Part shown: positions 18,850 to 28,486 of the stretch, in pieces
How positions within the stretch are numbered: position 1 is the first letter of the stretch
How the letters are laid out: each line of letters opens with the position of its first letter
Source: a virus
Lineage: Duplodnaviria; Caudoviricetes
DNA length: 53,223 nucleotides
Strand: one strand, 5' to 3'
Virus record (IMG/VR): IMGVR_UViG_3300027566_000346
Location: 1 to 53,223 of that record
The notes under the pieces: model-generated
The model's database searches: none
Seen by the model: only the letters and a program-made list of their open reading frames with translations
Told to the model about the DNA's origin: nothing
Made by a program: the position numbers and the translations under genes

Positions 18850-19377
18850 TTATACAGGCTTATTTATGGTTGTGACGGTGAAGCCCACGTCCAATATCTC
18901 CGGGTTCCAGCCTATTGTAAAACCACCACTCCCCCCGCCACCTACATTAAAAAAACACCGGTCATCCTGTACTGATGTAATCCCACCACTAGCAGTTATT
19001 ACTGTGTATAATGGTATTCTTCCCGAAGTATAGCCGGTGGTATTAACAGACACTACCCCAGCCGTTGTAACCTCAATATAGTTGGTAGTATCGTCTGCCA
19101 GCGTTACCGACCCACTATCTATTCGTGTGATTACGTTATCGGCCTTGGCTGTCCCAATTCCGTAGGCAAAATTAAGCCCGGAGTGATCACCCGGCTTAAA
19201 AGGGTCTACAACTCTTTGGTTTCTGTCCTCTCTAGCTAGTGGTATGCCTCCTAGAGTAGCCCCGTCATGGACAACTAACGTATCTTTGGTAATATCAACT
19301 GTGACCTCGCCCTCTGCGCCTGTAAACACACTATGTTCCGCGGTTGTTCCTCGTCTTAATTTAACCTCTATGCTCAT
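18850..19377 (-). CDS. Tail fibre protein with major-tropism-determinant N-terminal (Mtd_N) domain
   Basis: LRRGTTAEH..FTGAEGEVTVD..K.TLVVHDGAT.GG.PLAR matches the BPP-1 Mtd N-terminal pattern. Confidence 0.8.
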   Translation of the reverse strand: MSIEVKLRRGTTAEHSVFTGAEGEVTVDITKDTLVVHDGATLGGIPLAREDRNQRVVDPFKPGDHSGLNFAYGIGTAKADNVITRIDSGSVTLADDTTNYIEVTTAGVVSVNTTGYTSGRIPLYTVITASGGITSVQDDRCFFNVGGGGSGGFTIGWNPEILDVGFTVTTINKPV

Positions 19378-19670
19378 GTTAGGCTCCCCCAGTCCTGAGT
19401 AATATCTACGGCAGATGTGATCATCCCAAAATCAAAAGCGCCAGAACCTCCACTGCCTAATGCCGCCAGTAATGCATCAACTTCCGTTTCGGTATAATAC
19501 CTACCGTCATGGTCGCCGCTAGTTTTATGGGCAATCAAATCGAAGGGCGGATTAAATGAACTTCCTCCGCCGCTTGTGTCCTCGCTAAACACTACATTTT
19601 TCGCAGGGCTAAGTCTCTGCTGTCGGAAGGCCGCATCCCTCTGTCTTTTTGTTGCTTCCGCTAGTTTCAT
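19374..19670 (-). CDS. Small tail-fibre-associated protein
   Basis: HDGRYYTETEVD fibre motif; AAGGAG RBS. Confidence 0.65.
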   Translation of the reverse strand: MKLAEATKRQRDAAFRQQRLSPAKNVVFSEDTSGGGSSFNPPFDLIAHKTSGDHDGRYYTETEVDALLAALGSGGSGAFDFGMITSAVDITQDWGSLT

Positions 19671-19683
19671 TCGACCTCTCTCC

Positions 19684-22059
19684 TTAAATTGGTGCGTATC
19701 CATAATGATAAGTCTGCAATTCAGTTCTAAAGCCATCCGTGGCAGACATGATATGCCTCAATGAAAATACCCGATAAATCTCGGATATAGTACTACTGGA
19801 TTCAATCACCTGAATACAGTCCCCCACTTGTATATATGGATTGCCTACCGCGCTAAACGAAGCCTGTCTCACTTTAGTTAAAGAGGCCGCATCGGTTCGT
19901 TCGGCTATCGAAAGGCATTGGGCATTGCTTGATGCCAGATCCCCCGCCTCTACTATCAGGACTTTACCGCCCAAAATATTATAATAATCAGCCGCAGCCC
20001 CATCTACATCGCCTCTGCAAAACACCCCGTCAGCATCTTGAGATATAACAATAATATGATCATAAACATCCTGGTCGGATATGGTGTAATCAAGGCTGAA
20101 TATATCCTCACCCTCGCGAAATACCCATGCGGCATACACACAACTAACTAGCACAGTTGCTCCGCTTGGAATAGTACTACCAGCCGTGCGACAAATGGCT
20201 GCATTGCCTGTACTCCCACCCAGCCTGACCGTATAATCAATATCTTTGGTATATGTGACCGTTCCATCTGAGTTGGTAACAATCACCGAATTGTCTGACA
20301 TTGGGTGCCCTGCCGGTATGACTGCTATTGCGGTGTAGGCAGTACCGGTTAGGACGGTTGGTGCTGCCGTAATTGCCGGTTGCCTATCAGTAGCGTAGTA
20401 AAAATACAACTTGCCGGATTCATCGCAATAATATTCAAACCCGCACAATTCGCAAAGCCGCTGGAAAGCATCTGCATAGCTTTCATGGGTGAATGTTATT
20501 GATTCAATTGTTATTCCTGATATGCCGGTGAACACATCCTCATCCTGCCAGCCAGCTTTGATAGCCAGATCCCTAAAGATATACTCAGCGGTCTGCCCCT
20601 GGTACTCAACCGTATATGCGTAGTGATCAACCCACCAAGCTCTAACAAGCTGGTCAAGGGCTAATTTCAGATAGTCACGGCAGGTAAACTCAATCTCCTG
20701 TGGAGGTCCCGCTTTCATGGTTATGGTATCGATCAGGCCTTTAAACACCTCTTGTTGAGTCAGGCCGTAGCCGAGTTTAACTGTTACCACCGTATTGGGC
20801 CAAATTACCTCCTGCCACTCTCCCTCTTTGTCTGGAGAATAGACGCCGTTTTTGTTATCAATTACTACCGTGGCTTGTGATGCCGCGCCCTTCGTCATGT
20901 CAACATCCACTGATTTGACTTGTAGGCGATAGGTCTCGGCTGAGATACCTAAAACTGCGTACTTGCGTGTGTAGATTAATTTATTGTCTATCGCAACCGC
21001 GCAGGAGTTATCACCGCCGGTTACAAAGCTGCCCCAGTCAGGCAGATCTCTTATCAGGGTATAGGCGGTACAGTCTGTGTCTGGATCAGCAAAGTTATAT
21101 GCCTTGCAAGTCCCAGAGTTTAGTGCACCAACTAGCAAGATAAAACCGCCGAGCTTATTGTCTGCAACAGTAAAATAATAGGCTACGTTCCAAAACTCAT
21201 CATATGCATTTACTTCCCAAACCTTTGTCCAAGTAGTTCCGTTATCTGTACTTTTAAGCAGCTTAAAGGGCGCACCGGCTATTCCTACTACATAACAGGC
21301 GTAAAGATTACCTGCAGGGCTAACCCAAATGTTCTTACTTACAGAACCATAATAATCGTTCGGTGAAACATAGGCCGACAGCATATATCTATCTGTCCAA
21401 GTTATTCCGTTGTCATCAGACGTCCTAATATAGGCATTTTGCATAAAGAACGTGTACGTAGACACGGTATAAATACGCCATTTTCCCGCTACCATTACCC
21501 ATCTGCCCGAATCCAGCACGACTGGAATACCTGTTAAATTTAAAGCATGAGAAGCGTATTCTTGGGAAACAGGAGAATAAGAAAGCGACTGAACCGTTGA
21601 ATATAGCTCCCAATCTCCCCCGTTCCCGCTAGGTGACTTATAAATCAGTTGCCGCGCAGGAGCCTCTGAGGGAGCACCAGCATCGGAAAAAGTCATATAT
21701 AGCCCGCCATCCAAATTCCAAACGCACGCCCAAGCATGACTAAGGGATGATAAGCCGGTAGATACCCAACCATATGCAGAGTTATCCATGCCCGTCAGAT
21801 CATCCACATTAGTACACTCGGCCTCGTAAATAGTGTTGTTGACAGAATTGCAGACAATCAGTTTGCCGTTGGCTTTTTTAGCTACGCTAACACCATACTC
21901 CTTATATGTGGTCGACGGAGTTTTCCAGTCAGTTGCGGTTTCCCATTGATATTTGCCGCTGGGTACACCAGTTATTTCCACTTCTGCTGCAGGCCTGTTC
22001 TCACCGACAAAAACCTTTGATTTTAAGAGCGTACGCATCGCATCAGGTATAGCAATCAT
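19684..22059 (-). CDS. Tail tip/baseplate hub protein with inserted BNR/Asp-box beta-propeller
   Basis: Position after Dit-like gene; SDDNGITW and STDNGTTW boxes; C-terminal GNPYIQVGD.I.V hub motif. Confidence 0.7.
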   Translation of the reverse strand: MIAIPDAMRTLLKSKVFVGENRPAAEVEITGVPSGKYQWETATDWKTPSTTYKEYGVSVAKKANGKLIVCNSVNNTIYEAECTNVDDLTGMDNSAYGWVSTGLSSLSHAWACVWNLDGGLYMTFSDAGAPSEAPARQLIYKSPSGNGGDWELYSTVQSLSYSPVSQEYASHALNLTGIPVVLDSGRWVMVAGKWRIYTVSTYTFFMQNAYIRTSDDNGITWTDRYMLSAYVSPNDYYGSVSKNIWVSPAGNLYACYVVGIAGAPFKLLKSTDNGTTWTKVWEVNAYDEFWNVAYYFTVADNKLGGFILLVGALNSGTCKAYNFADPDTDCTAYTLIRDLPDWGSFVTGGDNSCAVAIDNKLIYTRKYAVLGISAETYRLQVKSVDVDMTKGAASQATVVIDNKNGVYSPDKEGEWQEVIWPNTVVTVKLGYGLTQQEVFKGLIDTITMKAGPPQEIEFTCRDYLKLALDQLVRAWWVDHYAYTVEYQGQTAEYIFRDLAIKAGWQDEDVFTGISGITIESITFTHESYADAFQRLCELCGFEYYCDESGKLYFYYATDRQPAITAAPTVLTGTAYTAIAVIPAGHPMSDNSVIVTNSDGTVTYTKDIDYTVRLGGSTGNAAICRTAGSTIPSGATVLVSCVYAAWVFREGEDIFSLDYTISDQDVYDHIIVISQDADGVFCRGDVDGAAADYYNILGGKVLIVEAGDLASSNAQCLSIAERTDAASLTKVRQASFSAVGNPYIQVGDCIQVIESSSTISEIYRVFSLRHIMSATDGFRTELQTYHYGYAPI

Positions 22060-22062
22060 ACG

Positions 22063-22419
22063 CTACACCTCCAGCCAGGTAATATCGAAAAAGACTGCAT
22101 TACTCTGGATAAATTCCGGATCGCCCAGCGACTCGATCATATATGTGTCGCTGATGCCGGTATCATCAAGGGCAAGTGTGGCCTCTGTACCTGCGTTCAG
22201 GTCGGCCACAAAAGAATCATAGGCACTCACCGACGGTACATAGAGTTTGGCCTTAACTCGGCGACGCTTCCTGCCCTGCTGCTGTATTACGGTCGATACT
22301 GCTGACAGGTTCGCCGGGTCAGGCAGCAAGTCTACCTCGGTCAAAGATGAGGATGTGACTCCGGGCTTTAATGAGCCGATTAATATTTTTAATGCTGTGC
22401 TTCCCCATGTGCTGGCCAC
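22063..22419 (-). CDS. Distal tail (Dit-like) protein
   Basis: Position directly after tape measure; beta-rich 118 aa. Confidence 0.55.
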   Translation of the reverse strand: MASTWGSTALKILIGSLKPGVTSSSLTEVDLLPDPANLSAVSTVIQQQGRKRRRVKAKLYVPSVSAYDSFVADLNAGTEATLALDDTGISDTYMIESLGDPEFIQSNAVFFDITWLEV

Positions 22420-22431
22420 TGAGTCACCTCC

Positions 22432-24048
22432 TTACGCCATGCTGGGCATGGTTGAGATCCTGCTCGGTATTCTGCGGTTACCGCGCTCAAATTCCTCGGC
22501 TATCCGTTTTACAACTTGGCCGTCATTGGTTCTAAATTCGTGGATTACTGTACCGGAATGGATTACTTGCTGGTTTCCGCCTACCGCCGCCATGCTCTTG
22601 TTATTATTTAGCACCTGTGCCCCCCGAGGTAGGTTGACCAACTCAGGGCCATTCTCGCCCACCCATGACAGGCCGCCCTTCCAGAAGTCGGTTCCAGATG
22701 CTAGATGTGATCTGTGTTCCATAGCGATCCCTAATGGTTTATATTGTTCTACGCTTGCTTCATATCGCAACTCTGATGCTTTTTCGGTTTGGCCTGCAAA
22801 CTGAGCGACTGCCGCCATTGCATCTAATATTTTGCCCTTAATGGCTGACCAGACACTTATAATCGCATCGCCAGTGGCCTGCATCCCTGCCTTAAGATAA
22901 ACCATGTTATTGTGCCAAGTTATCGAAATGGAGTTCCACATACTTATCCCAAAGGCTTTTACTTTATCCCAGTTTTTATAGAGCAGCACACCCGCAATAA
23001 CTAACCCTGCAACGATAGCTACCATCCATCCCACGGATATCCCCACGGCTGCCGCCAATGCTTCAAAAGCCCCTGCAATAATTGGCCAAGCCCTAGTAAC
23101 CCAGCTTGTAACCGAACCCATGACTGTGCCAATGGAAGCAATAGCCCTGGCTATAGATCCAAATACTATAAGCACTGGGCCGACTGCTGCTGCTATACCA
23201 GCTATTGCTATTATGGTTTTCTGAGTTGCCGGACTCATCTGCCCGAATTCCTTAACGAGATTATTAAGCCCGGCAATAATAGGGGTGATCACCGGCAAAA
23301 GGTTTTCACCCATGGTGGCCCCTAGTTCTTTGAGCGACTCCCCGAATATTCTCATCTGGTTGGCTGCCCCGTCACCCGTTCTTACAAAGTCACCCTGAGC
23401 ATTTTTTGTCATGGCTAAAACATAGTTATAGCGCAGCTGTACCTGCTCAGCCTGGGTCAGGTCCTTGGTTTTTTTCTTGATTCCTTGCGAGAGCGCAAAT
23501 TCATCGAGATTGGCCTGGGTCATCACGATACCCAATTGCTTTAATGACTCAGTTTCACCGGTAAATATCGAAGTTAGGGCTGTATCGGCTATATCGATGC
23601 CGATATTTTTGAATGATGCCAAGTCCCCTGCCAATCCTACCAAACTGGTGCTCATATCGGCTGCCTGGCCCGTATTTAGCCCCATACTGGTTGCCATGTC
23701 ACCATACTTCGCCGCCATGTCCAGAGCGGTACCTTTGGCAATACCAAAACTGTTAAGGGTAGTTTTAGACCAGGCTTTTACCTGTCCGGCATTATCCTTG
23801 AAAGCCACATCTACTTTGTTTATGGACTCACTCATGTCAGAGGCCAGTTTGAAAGAGGCTGCCGCCGCACCGACAATAGGTAAGGTTACAGCGGCGGTCA
23901 TTGTTCTGCCAACACTACTCATCTTGTCGCCCATAGCCTTCATCTTTTCGCTGGTAGTTAACATTTTTTGTTGGGTTGTATCCAGCCCCTTAGTAAGTCC
24001 TGATACATCTGCGCCTATCTTTACGATTAGTTGTGCTAATGTCGACAA
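22432..24048 (-). CDS. Tail tape measure protein
   Basis: L.VKIGAD start, GETESLKQLGI, hydrophobic repeats, VGENGPELV. Confidence 0.93.
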   Translation of the reverse strand: MSTLAQLIVKIGADVSGLTKGLDTTQQKMLTTSEKMKAMGDKMSSVGRTMTAAVTLPIVGAAAASFKLASDMSESINKVDVAFKDNAGQVKAWSKTTLNSFGIAKGTALDMAAKYGDMATSMGLNTGQAADMSTSLVGLAGDLASFKNIGIDIADTALTSIFTGETESLKQLGIVMTQANLDEFALSQGIKKKTKDLTQAEQVQLRYNYVLAMTKNAQGDFVRTGDGAANQMRIFGESLKELGATMGENLLPVITPIIAGLNNLVKEFGQMSPATQKTIIAIAGIAAAVGPVLIVFGSIARAIASIGTVMGSVTSWVTRAWPIIAGAFEALAAAVGISVGWMVAIVAGLVIAGVLLYKNWDKVKAFGISMWNSISITWHNNMVYLKAGMQATGDAIISVWSAIKGKILDAMAAVAQFAGQTEKASELRYEASVEQYKPLGIAMEHRSHLASGTDFWKGGLSWVGENGPELVNLPRGAQVLNNNKSMAAVGGNQQVIHSGTVIHEFRTNDGQVVKRIAEEFERGNRRIPSRISTMPSMA

Positions 24049-24052
24049 GTTA

Positions 24053-24696
24053 TCACCTCCTCAAATCCTCCCCGCCGAAAGCCTTATTGAGCCTTTCTAT
24101 AATACTTAACTGCTCCTGCCAATCCTGTTTAAGTGGGGTCTTTTCATCTGCCTGGCCCCGTGTCGGCATGAAATCTTGGGGAGTAAAAGGCTTTTTATGC
24201 TTTCGAGCGTCCCGGTTCGGTTCGGCAATCACCGCACACAATAGGCCGATGCGGTAATCCTCCATCTCCTGCCGTTTGACTGAGGATTCTATCTCTATAC
24301 ACAGTTCAGCCGGAGTAAGCTGCCAAAAACGCTCGACAGTCACTCCGGCCACAGTCGCACTCCGCAAGGCTTGTCCCCAATCCCAGGGAGTGCTCTCTAG
24401 TTTGGGTCTGATTCCTCCGCTTTTAATCCCATAGCAATAGTTATAGCCTCGCCTACTTTAGTGCTGACATACTCAAATCCCGCCTCATCGATGAGATCGC
24501 CCACATCTTCCAGGCTGAGTTTTCTATCTTCATGCAGCAGACCTGCCCAGAGCATAGCGCGTATTTCCTTTAAGCCAAATGCTGAGCCGAACTCAGACAA
24601 AGGCTTGCCCAATACTTCCTCAACCTTAACTAGGGCATTAGTGTTCAGCCGAATATTTCTAGGGTGGTCTAATTCAATTAATATCGATGGTTTCAT
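24053..24696 (-). CDS. Tail assembly chaperone G/GT pair (G = 24397..24696; GT via -1 frameshift to 24053)
   Basis: C CCA AAC slippery heptamer immediately before G stop; -1 frame open (LESTPWDWGQALRS...FWQLTPAE). Confidence 0.88.
24400..24406 (-). other. Programmed -1 ribosomal frameshift heptamer CCCAAAC
   Basis: X XXY YYZ form, in G reading phase, joins G to T frame. Confidence 0.85.
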
Positions 24697-24707
24697 TTAA
24701 TACCTCC

Positions 24708-25421
24708 CTAGCTCGCTGCTCTAACAAGTTGGATGGTGTAGGCCTTAGGAGCCTTACCTGTTTCCGTTACAACTATTTTGATAGAAGTAATACTTCCTGG
24801 TGCACCCAAAGTAATAGCGCTGGATGCTACTCCCGATGCTACGATATTGCCATTGACGGTTATGTTGCCGGTGCTTGCAGTCGGGGTTACGGTTACAGAA
24901 GTCACCCCGGTCAGTACGTTGGCGACATATTCGTAGACGGCTCCCGAAGGTGCCGGAGTAATAACTGCTGACTCGCTAATAGCGAAAAACGGAGTAGTTA
25001 ATCCTGTACTGACGTTGATGCCCAATGTCGGCTTGCCGGCAATCTTTAAGGTTGCTGAAAATCCCATCTGCTTTTCCAAGGGTGAACTGATCGAGAATTT
25101 TGACACTACCGCTGTAAATGTCCAACTCGTGCCTTCTGGAAAGGTGATAACAAAATTCTGCACTGTTCCGGCTTCCAGGTCAGTTTTTAATCCGATTTGT
25201 CCATCTGTATCGGTAGCCAGGAAGTTGCCCTCAATAGCTACTTCACCGGCCTCTCTTATTTTAGCGGCGATAAACTCACGATAGCCGCCCGTGGAATCAT
25301 GGGTAGTGACATCGATAAACTCCTGGCTTAGTTCAATGTCTCCGATATTATTTAACTCGGCAATTTCGCTGCCATTTCGGGTTAATATAGTCCCGAATGC
25401 CGCTGTTGCTGCGGTGGTCAT
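24708..25421 (-). CDS. Major tail tube protein with C-terminal cadherin/Ig-like domain
   Basis: IDVTTHDS.GGYREFI, FS.TLKI.GKP; VTSVTVTPTA..ITVNG. Confidence 0.9.
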   Translation of the reverse strand: MTTAATAAFGTILTRNGSEIAELNNIGDIELSQEFIDVTTHDSTGGYREFIAAKIREAGEVAIEGNFLATDTDGQIGLKTDLEAGTVQNFVITFPEGTSWTFTAVVSKFSISSPLEKQMGFSATLKIAGKPTLGINVSTGLTTPFFAISESAVITPAPSGAVYEYVANVLTGVTSVTVTPTASTGNITVNGNIVASGVASSAITLGAPGSITSIKIVVTETGKAPKAYTIQLVRAAS

Positions 25422-25436
25422 ATCTCAACTCCTCCT

Positions 25437-25820
25437 TTAGTCTGTATAGAATATGTCAAAATCCATATCGATCTCATATAATTTCAGGTCCTCACGCCAG
25501 GTACTGTTCTCATCCTTCTGATAGGCAAACCCTATCTTGCGGTTGGCTGCCGGATAGCCTGCCATCGCCGCAGCCACTTGATCGGCAATTGATCTGACCT
25601 CATCATCTGTGGCTGCATAGGCACTAATCTGCATTGAATATATACTAGTTCCGTTATAGCCGTTATAGGTGTAGTTCTTCTCCCTGTATACCTGAAAGTA
25701 CATCAGGTAGGGGGCTACTGTGGTTTGGGGCACTTTGTTTGGATAGACCTTTGAACCTATATAAGCCGACAAACCTGCGTACCCGCTTAAATGCGTATAT
25801 AGGTCTGCTGTGAAACTCAC
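25437..25820 (-). CDS. Tail terminator/completion protein (DUF3168-like)
   Basis: KVYP..VP....PY, QISAYA; synteny. Confidence 0.75.
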   Translation of the reverse strand: MSFTADLYTHLSGYAGLSAYIGSKVYPNKVPQTTVAPYLMYFQVYREKNYTYNGYNGTSIYSMQISAYAATDDEVRSIADQVAAAMAGYPAANRKIGFAYQKDENSTWREDLKLYEIDMDFDIFYTD

Positions 25821-26308
25821 TTAACCGCCCCCTTTAAAGCTCCCTTAATGCGGTTTTCAATGATCAGAGCAACCTGTTTTTTATTGTTTTTATAGGCGGG
25901 GCGCATAAATGGGCGCGCCCTGACGGCCTTTTTGCTCTTTTTGCGCTTACCGCGCTTGGTTTTTTCGATGTTCATTGCGGCACCCGGCCCCCGGTGGCCA
26001 TATTCCACAGCCGAGGGTATGTAATAACGCGCTCCGGCCTTGGTAGTGACCGCGAATTTGTCATTCATACGACTATCCATACCTGCCCCGGCAAAGGCTT
26101 TGCTGGCATTTTTGTCCCAGGTTATCTGGCTGATGATTCCTTTGGAGAGTTCACCACTAATATTGTGGATACGGCTCCTGGCATCGTCCCTAATCAGATC
26201 AGCGCCTTCTTTTACTGCTGGACCGAGAGACTTTTTAACAGCATTAGCTACCTGCTGACAATTGCGCATCGCTTCCTGGAGTCCTTCAATCTCGGTTTTT
26301 ATCCTCAT
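25817..26308 (-). CDS. HK97 gp10-family morphogenesis protein
   Basis: IEGLQE, SGEL..GI, VEYGH, ARPFMRPA. Confidence 0.85.
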   Translation of the reverse strand: MRIKTEIEGLQEAMRNCQQVANAVKKSLGPAVKEGADLIRDDARSRIHNISGELSKGIISQITWDKNASKAFAGAGMDSRMNDKFAVTTKAGARYYIPSAVEYGHRGPGAAMNIEKTKRGKRKKSKKAVRARPFMRPAYKNNKKQVALIIENRIKGALKGAVK

Positions 26309-26643
26309 GACTGGACCACCTCTCTGCAGAGCAAATACATTTCACCCCGACGAAGCTTCGAATGATCGACGAAGAGTATGTCTAAAATATGATCCGACCA
26401 GTTGATCCGCATGGTCGGTTCTACTCCGCTTAGGTAACGGATCTTGATTTTGTGACTGGCCTCTGCGACCAGTTGCGAGCTATATAGCTTCTCGGTGCCG
26501 GAACTGGTTTGCACTTGCGCCCAGACAGTTTTCCAGGTTGCCCAGGCAGCGATTTCTTCTCCTGAACTACCCCGCACCGTTGTATTGTCTTGAATGATGA
26601 TCCGTTGATCTAGCTCCCCGATCTTCATGCAATTTTTCACCAC
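26305..26643 (-). CDS. Head closure / head-tail adaptor (SPP1 gp16-like)
   Basis: IGELDQRI.IQ, W.TVWAQV, IRY..GV...MRI. Confidence 0.88.
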   Translation of the reverse strand: MVKNCMKIGELDQRIIIQDNTTVRGSSGEEIAAWATWKTVWAQVQTSSGTEKLYSSQLVAEASHKIKIRYLSGVEPTMRINWSDHILDILFVDHSKLRRGEMYLLCREVVQS

Positions 26644-26921
26644 CCCTCTTGGCGGTAGGCAAACAAGAGCCTGGCCATAACGTCCAGCACTGCTCTTATG
26701 TCCACGTTCTCCCGTTGCTCGTAAAGATTGGCCACCGCATAAAGGATGGACTGTTTAACTGCTTCCGGGATTACAGTAAAGTCGGAGATTGGACAGCGCA
26801 GAATCCCCTCACACAATTCTTCGGCAGTAGAAATAAAATTGGTGATGAGCGTATTTTCCTCATCACCATCTACTCTTAAATATAGCTTGGCTTCATCAAG
26901 GGTAACGACCAATACGCCCAC
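26637..26921 (-). CDS. Head-tail connector (HK97 gp6-like)
   Basis: TLDEAKLYLRVD.DEE..LI, LYEQRE. Confidence 0.9.
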   Translation of the reverse strand: MGVLVVTLDEAKLYLRVDGDEENTLITNFISTAEELCEGILRCPISDFTVIPEAVKQSILYAVANLYEQRENVDIRAVLDVMARLLFAYRQEGW

Positions 26922-26933
26922 CTCCTTTAATTA

Positions 26934-27263
26934 TTACTCTGCTGCCATTAGCCCTGCTGCTATGAGCTTGGCCAGCAGGGCATTAATGTCTGTAACAAGA
27001 CCTGCGATATCGAGAGCTGTACTATCTGCCTGGTTCGCAGCGGTTTTGGCAACAATTGCATCGTTTAAGACCTTGCCCTGTTTGGCCGAAAGTGCGCTGG
27101 TAGCTGAGGTTGAATTCAGAGCATCAACCACAGGAGCAGTCACAACTCCCTCAACAGTTGCACCTTCCATAATAGTTAACTTACCGCCGCTGGCGATCTC
27201 AAGCGACCCACCAATGACAGTTTTTTCTCCGCCTTGCTCGGTATAGTTTTTTACATTGCTCAT
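26934..27263 (-). CDS. Head fibre/decoration protein
   Basis: NYTEQGG..TVIGG.L, ALSAKQGKVL, NALLAKL.AAGLM. Confidence 0.75.
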   Translation of the reverse strand: MSNVKNYTEQGGEKTVIGGSLEIASGGKLTIMEGATVEGVVTAPVVDALNSTSATSALSAKQGKVLNDAIVAKTAANQADSTALDIAGLVTDINALLAKLIAAGLMAAE

Positions 27264-27273
27264 TTCTGTTCAC

Positions 27274-28470
27274 CTACGCTTTCATCTGCAGAACCTGGAT
27301 GGCCTCAGCCAAAATGAGTTTACCGTCAACCCGTTGAGTAGCCCGGAAACCAACTTGCCCATTTACCGCGTAAAGTTCGTTGAGCCGTTGGAAGGATCTA
27401 CCCTGCCGGTCAGCTACCCAATAGTAGCTGAAGTCACCAAAGGCTATGGTCTTTTTAGCCGAAGCAATACCCGGGACAAAGGCCGACATTTTAATGGGTA
27501 CGTTTAGAATGGTATCGGGCTGTCCGGCAGCTATGGAAGGCTGCCAAATGTACTGACCGTTGCCATCTTTTAGCTTCCTTATGGCTTTGACGGTAGTGTC
27601 ATTCAAAACGAATACCGCTTTTTTCCGATAAGGGGTTTTCAAACTGTGATAGAGATCAATCACCTCATCCACTGTAATAGCGCTTGCAGATGCTGCCGTA
27701 ACCCCTACAGTCGCACCGCCGGTAGCATTGAAAATTCCGATAGGCTTCCCAGTTCCGTTACCGGTAAAGAAGGCTTCCTCCTCCGCGGCTCCGATTCGGC
27801 GAGCAAATTCTCGGGCGATATAGTTCTCAAGATTGAAGACACTGTCGTTTAATAACTCTTCAGATACTTTAATGATGGTCGCCAGTTTGTATGCACCGAT
27901 TGATACCTGCCCGAAGGCATCGTCAGATTCGGGGATTATCCCTTCTTCCTCCACCCATGAGGCGGTTCCTTTGCTTGCAACTATAGGTATCTTCTTATCA
28001 CCGGATGAGGTATTAATGATGGTGGCCAGTTGCCGGAAGATGTTTTCTTCCTGAAGGGCTTCAACTAGGGTGCGCTCAAATTCATCTGGTACCAGGTACC
28101 CCCCCTCTGAATCAGTACCCACCTGAAGTGCATTTTGTATCTCGAAACTAGTCTTGTTACGCATAGATTTCCAGAATGCATTTCTGTATTCGTTGCTGGC
28201 TCTGCCTTGCTTGCCTTCATCGAGAGCTGCATTAGGGTTATTCTTGATAGCAGTGTTAACTGGCTTTGATAGTTCCATGTCCAGCGCCGCTTGTCTTTCC
28301 ATTCTGTCTATTTCTTTGCCCAGGTTCACGACATCAACTTCCATCTTTTCATAGGTAGCGGTGTCCTCCGCCGACAGAAGGCCCTCTTCCGTCCTTTTAC
28401 TATCTAGAAAAGCTTTTGTGCTCTCCCACAGTTTGGCTCTTTTCTCGCGCAGTTCTAATACTTTACTCAT
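27274..28470 (-). CDS. Major capsid protein, HK97 family
   Basis: GGYLVP, VSEELLNDS, FGDFSYY, RVDGK; N-terminal delta domain. Confidence 0.96.
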   Translation of the reverse strand: MSKVLELREKRAKLWESTKAFLDSKRTEEGLLSAEDTATYEKMEVDVVNLGKEIDRMERQAALDMELSKPVNTAIKNNPNAALDEGKQGRASNEYRNAFWKSMRNKTSFEIQNALQVGTDSEGGYLVPDEFERTLVEALQEENIFRQLATIINTSSGDKKIPIVASKGTASWVEEEGIIPESDDAFGQVSIGAYKLATIIKVSEELLNDSVFNLENYIAREFARRIGAAEEEAFFTGNGTGKPIGIFNATGGATVGVTAASASAITVDEVIDLYHSLKTPYRKKAVFVLNDTTVKAIRKLKDGNGQYIWQPSIAAGQPDTILNVPIKMSAFVPGIASAKKTIAFGDFSYYWVADRQGRSFQRLNELYAVNGQVGFRATQRVDGKLILAEAIQVLQMKA

Positions 28471-28486
28471 TTTGTTTCCTCCAATT

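Noticed and set aside
18119-19377. Possible DGR or shufflon at the fibre locus
   Set aside because: No reverse transcriptase, adenine-variant repeat pair or invertible repeats seen
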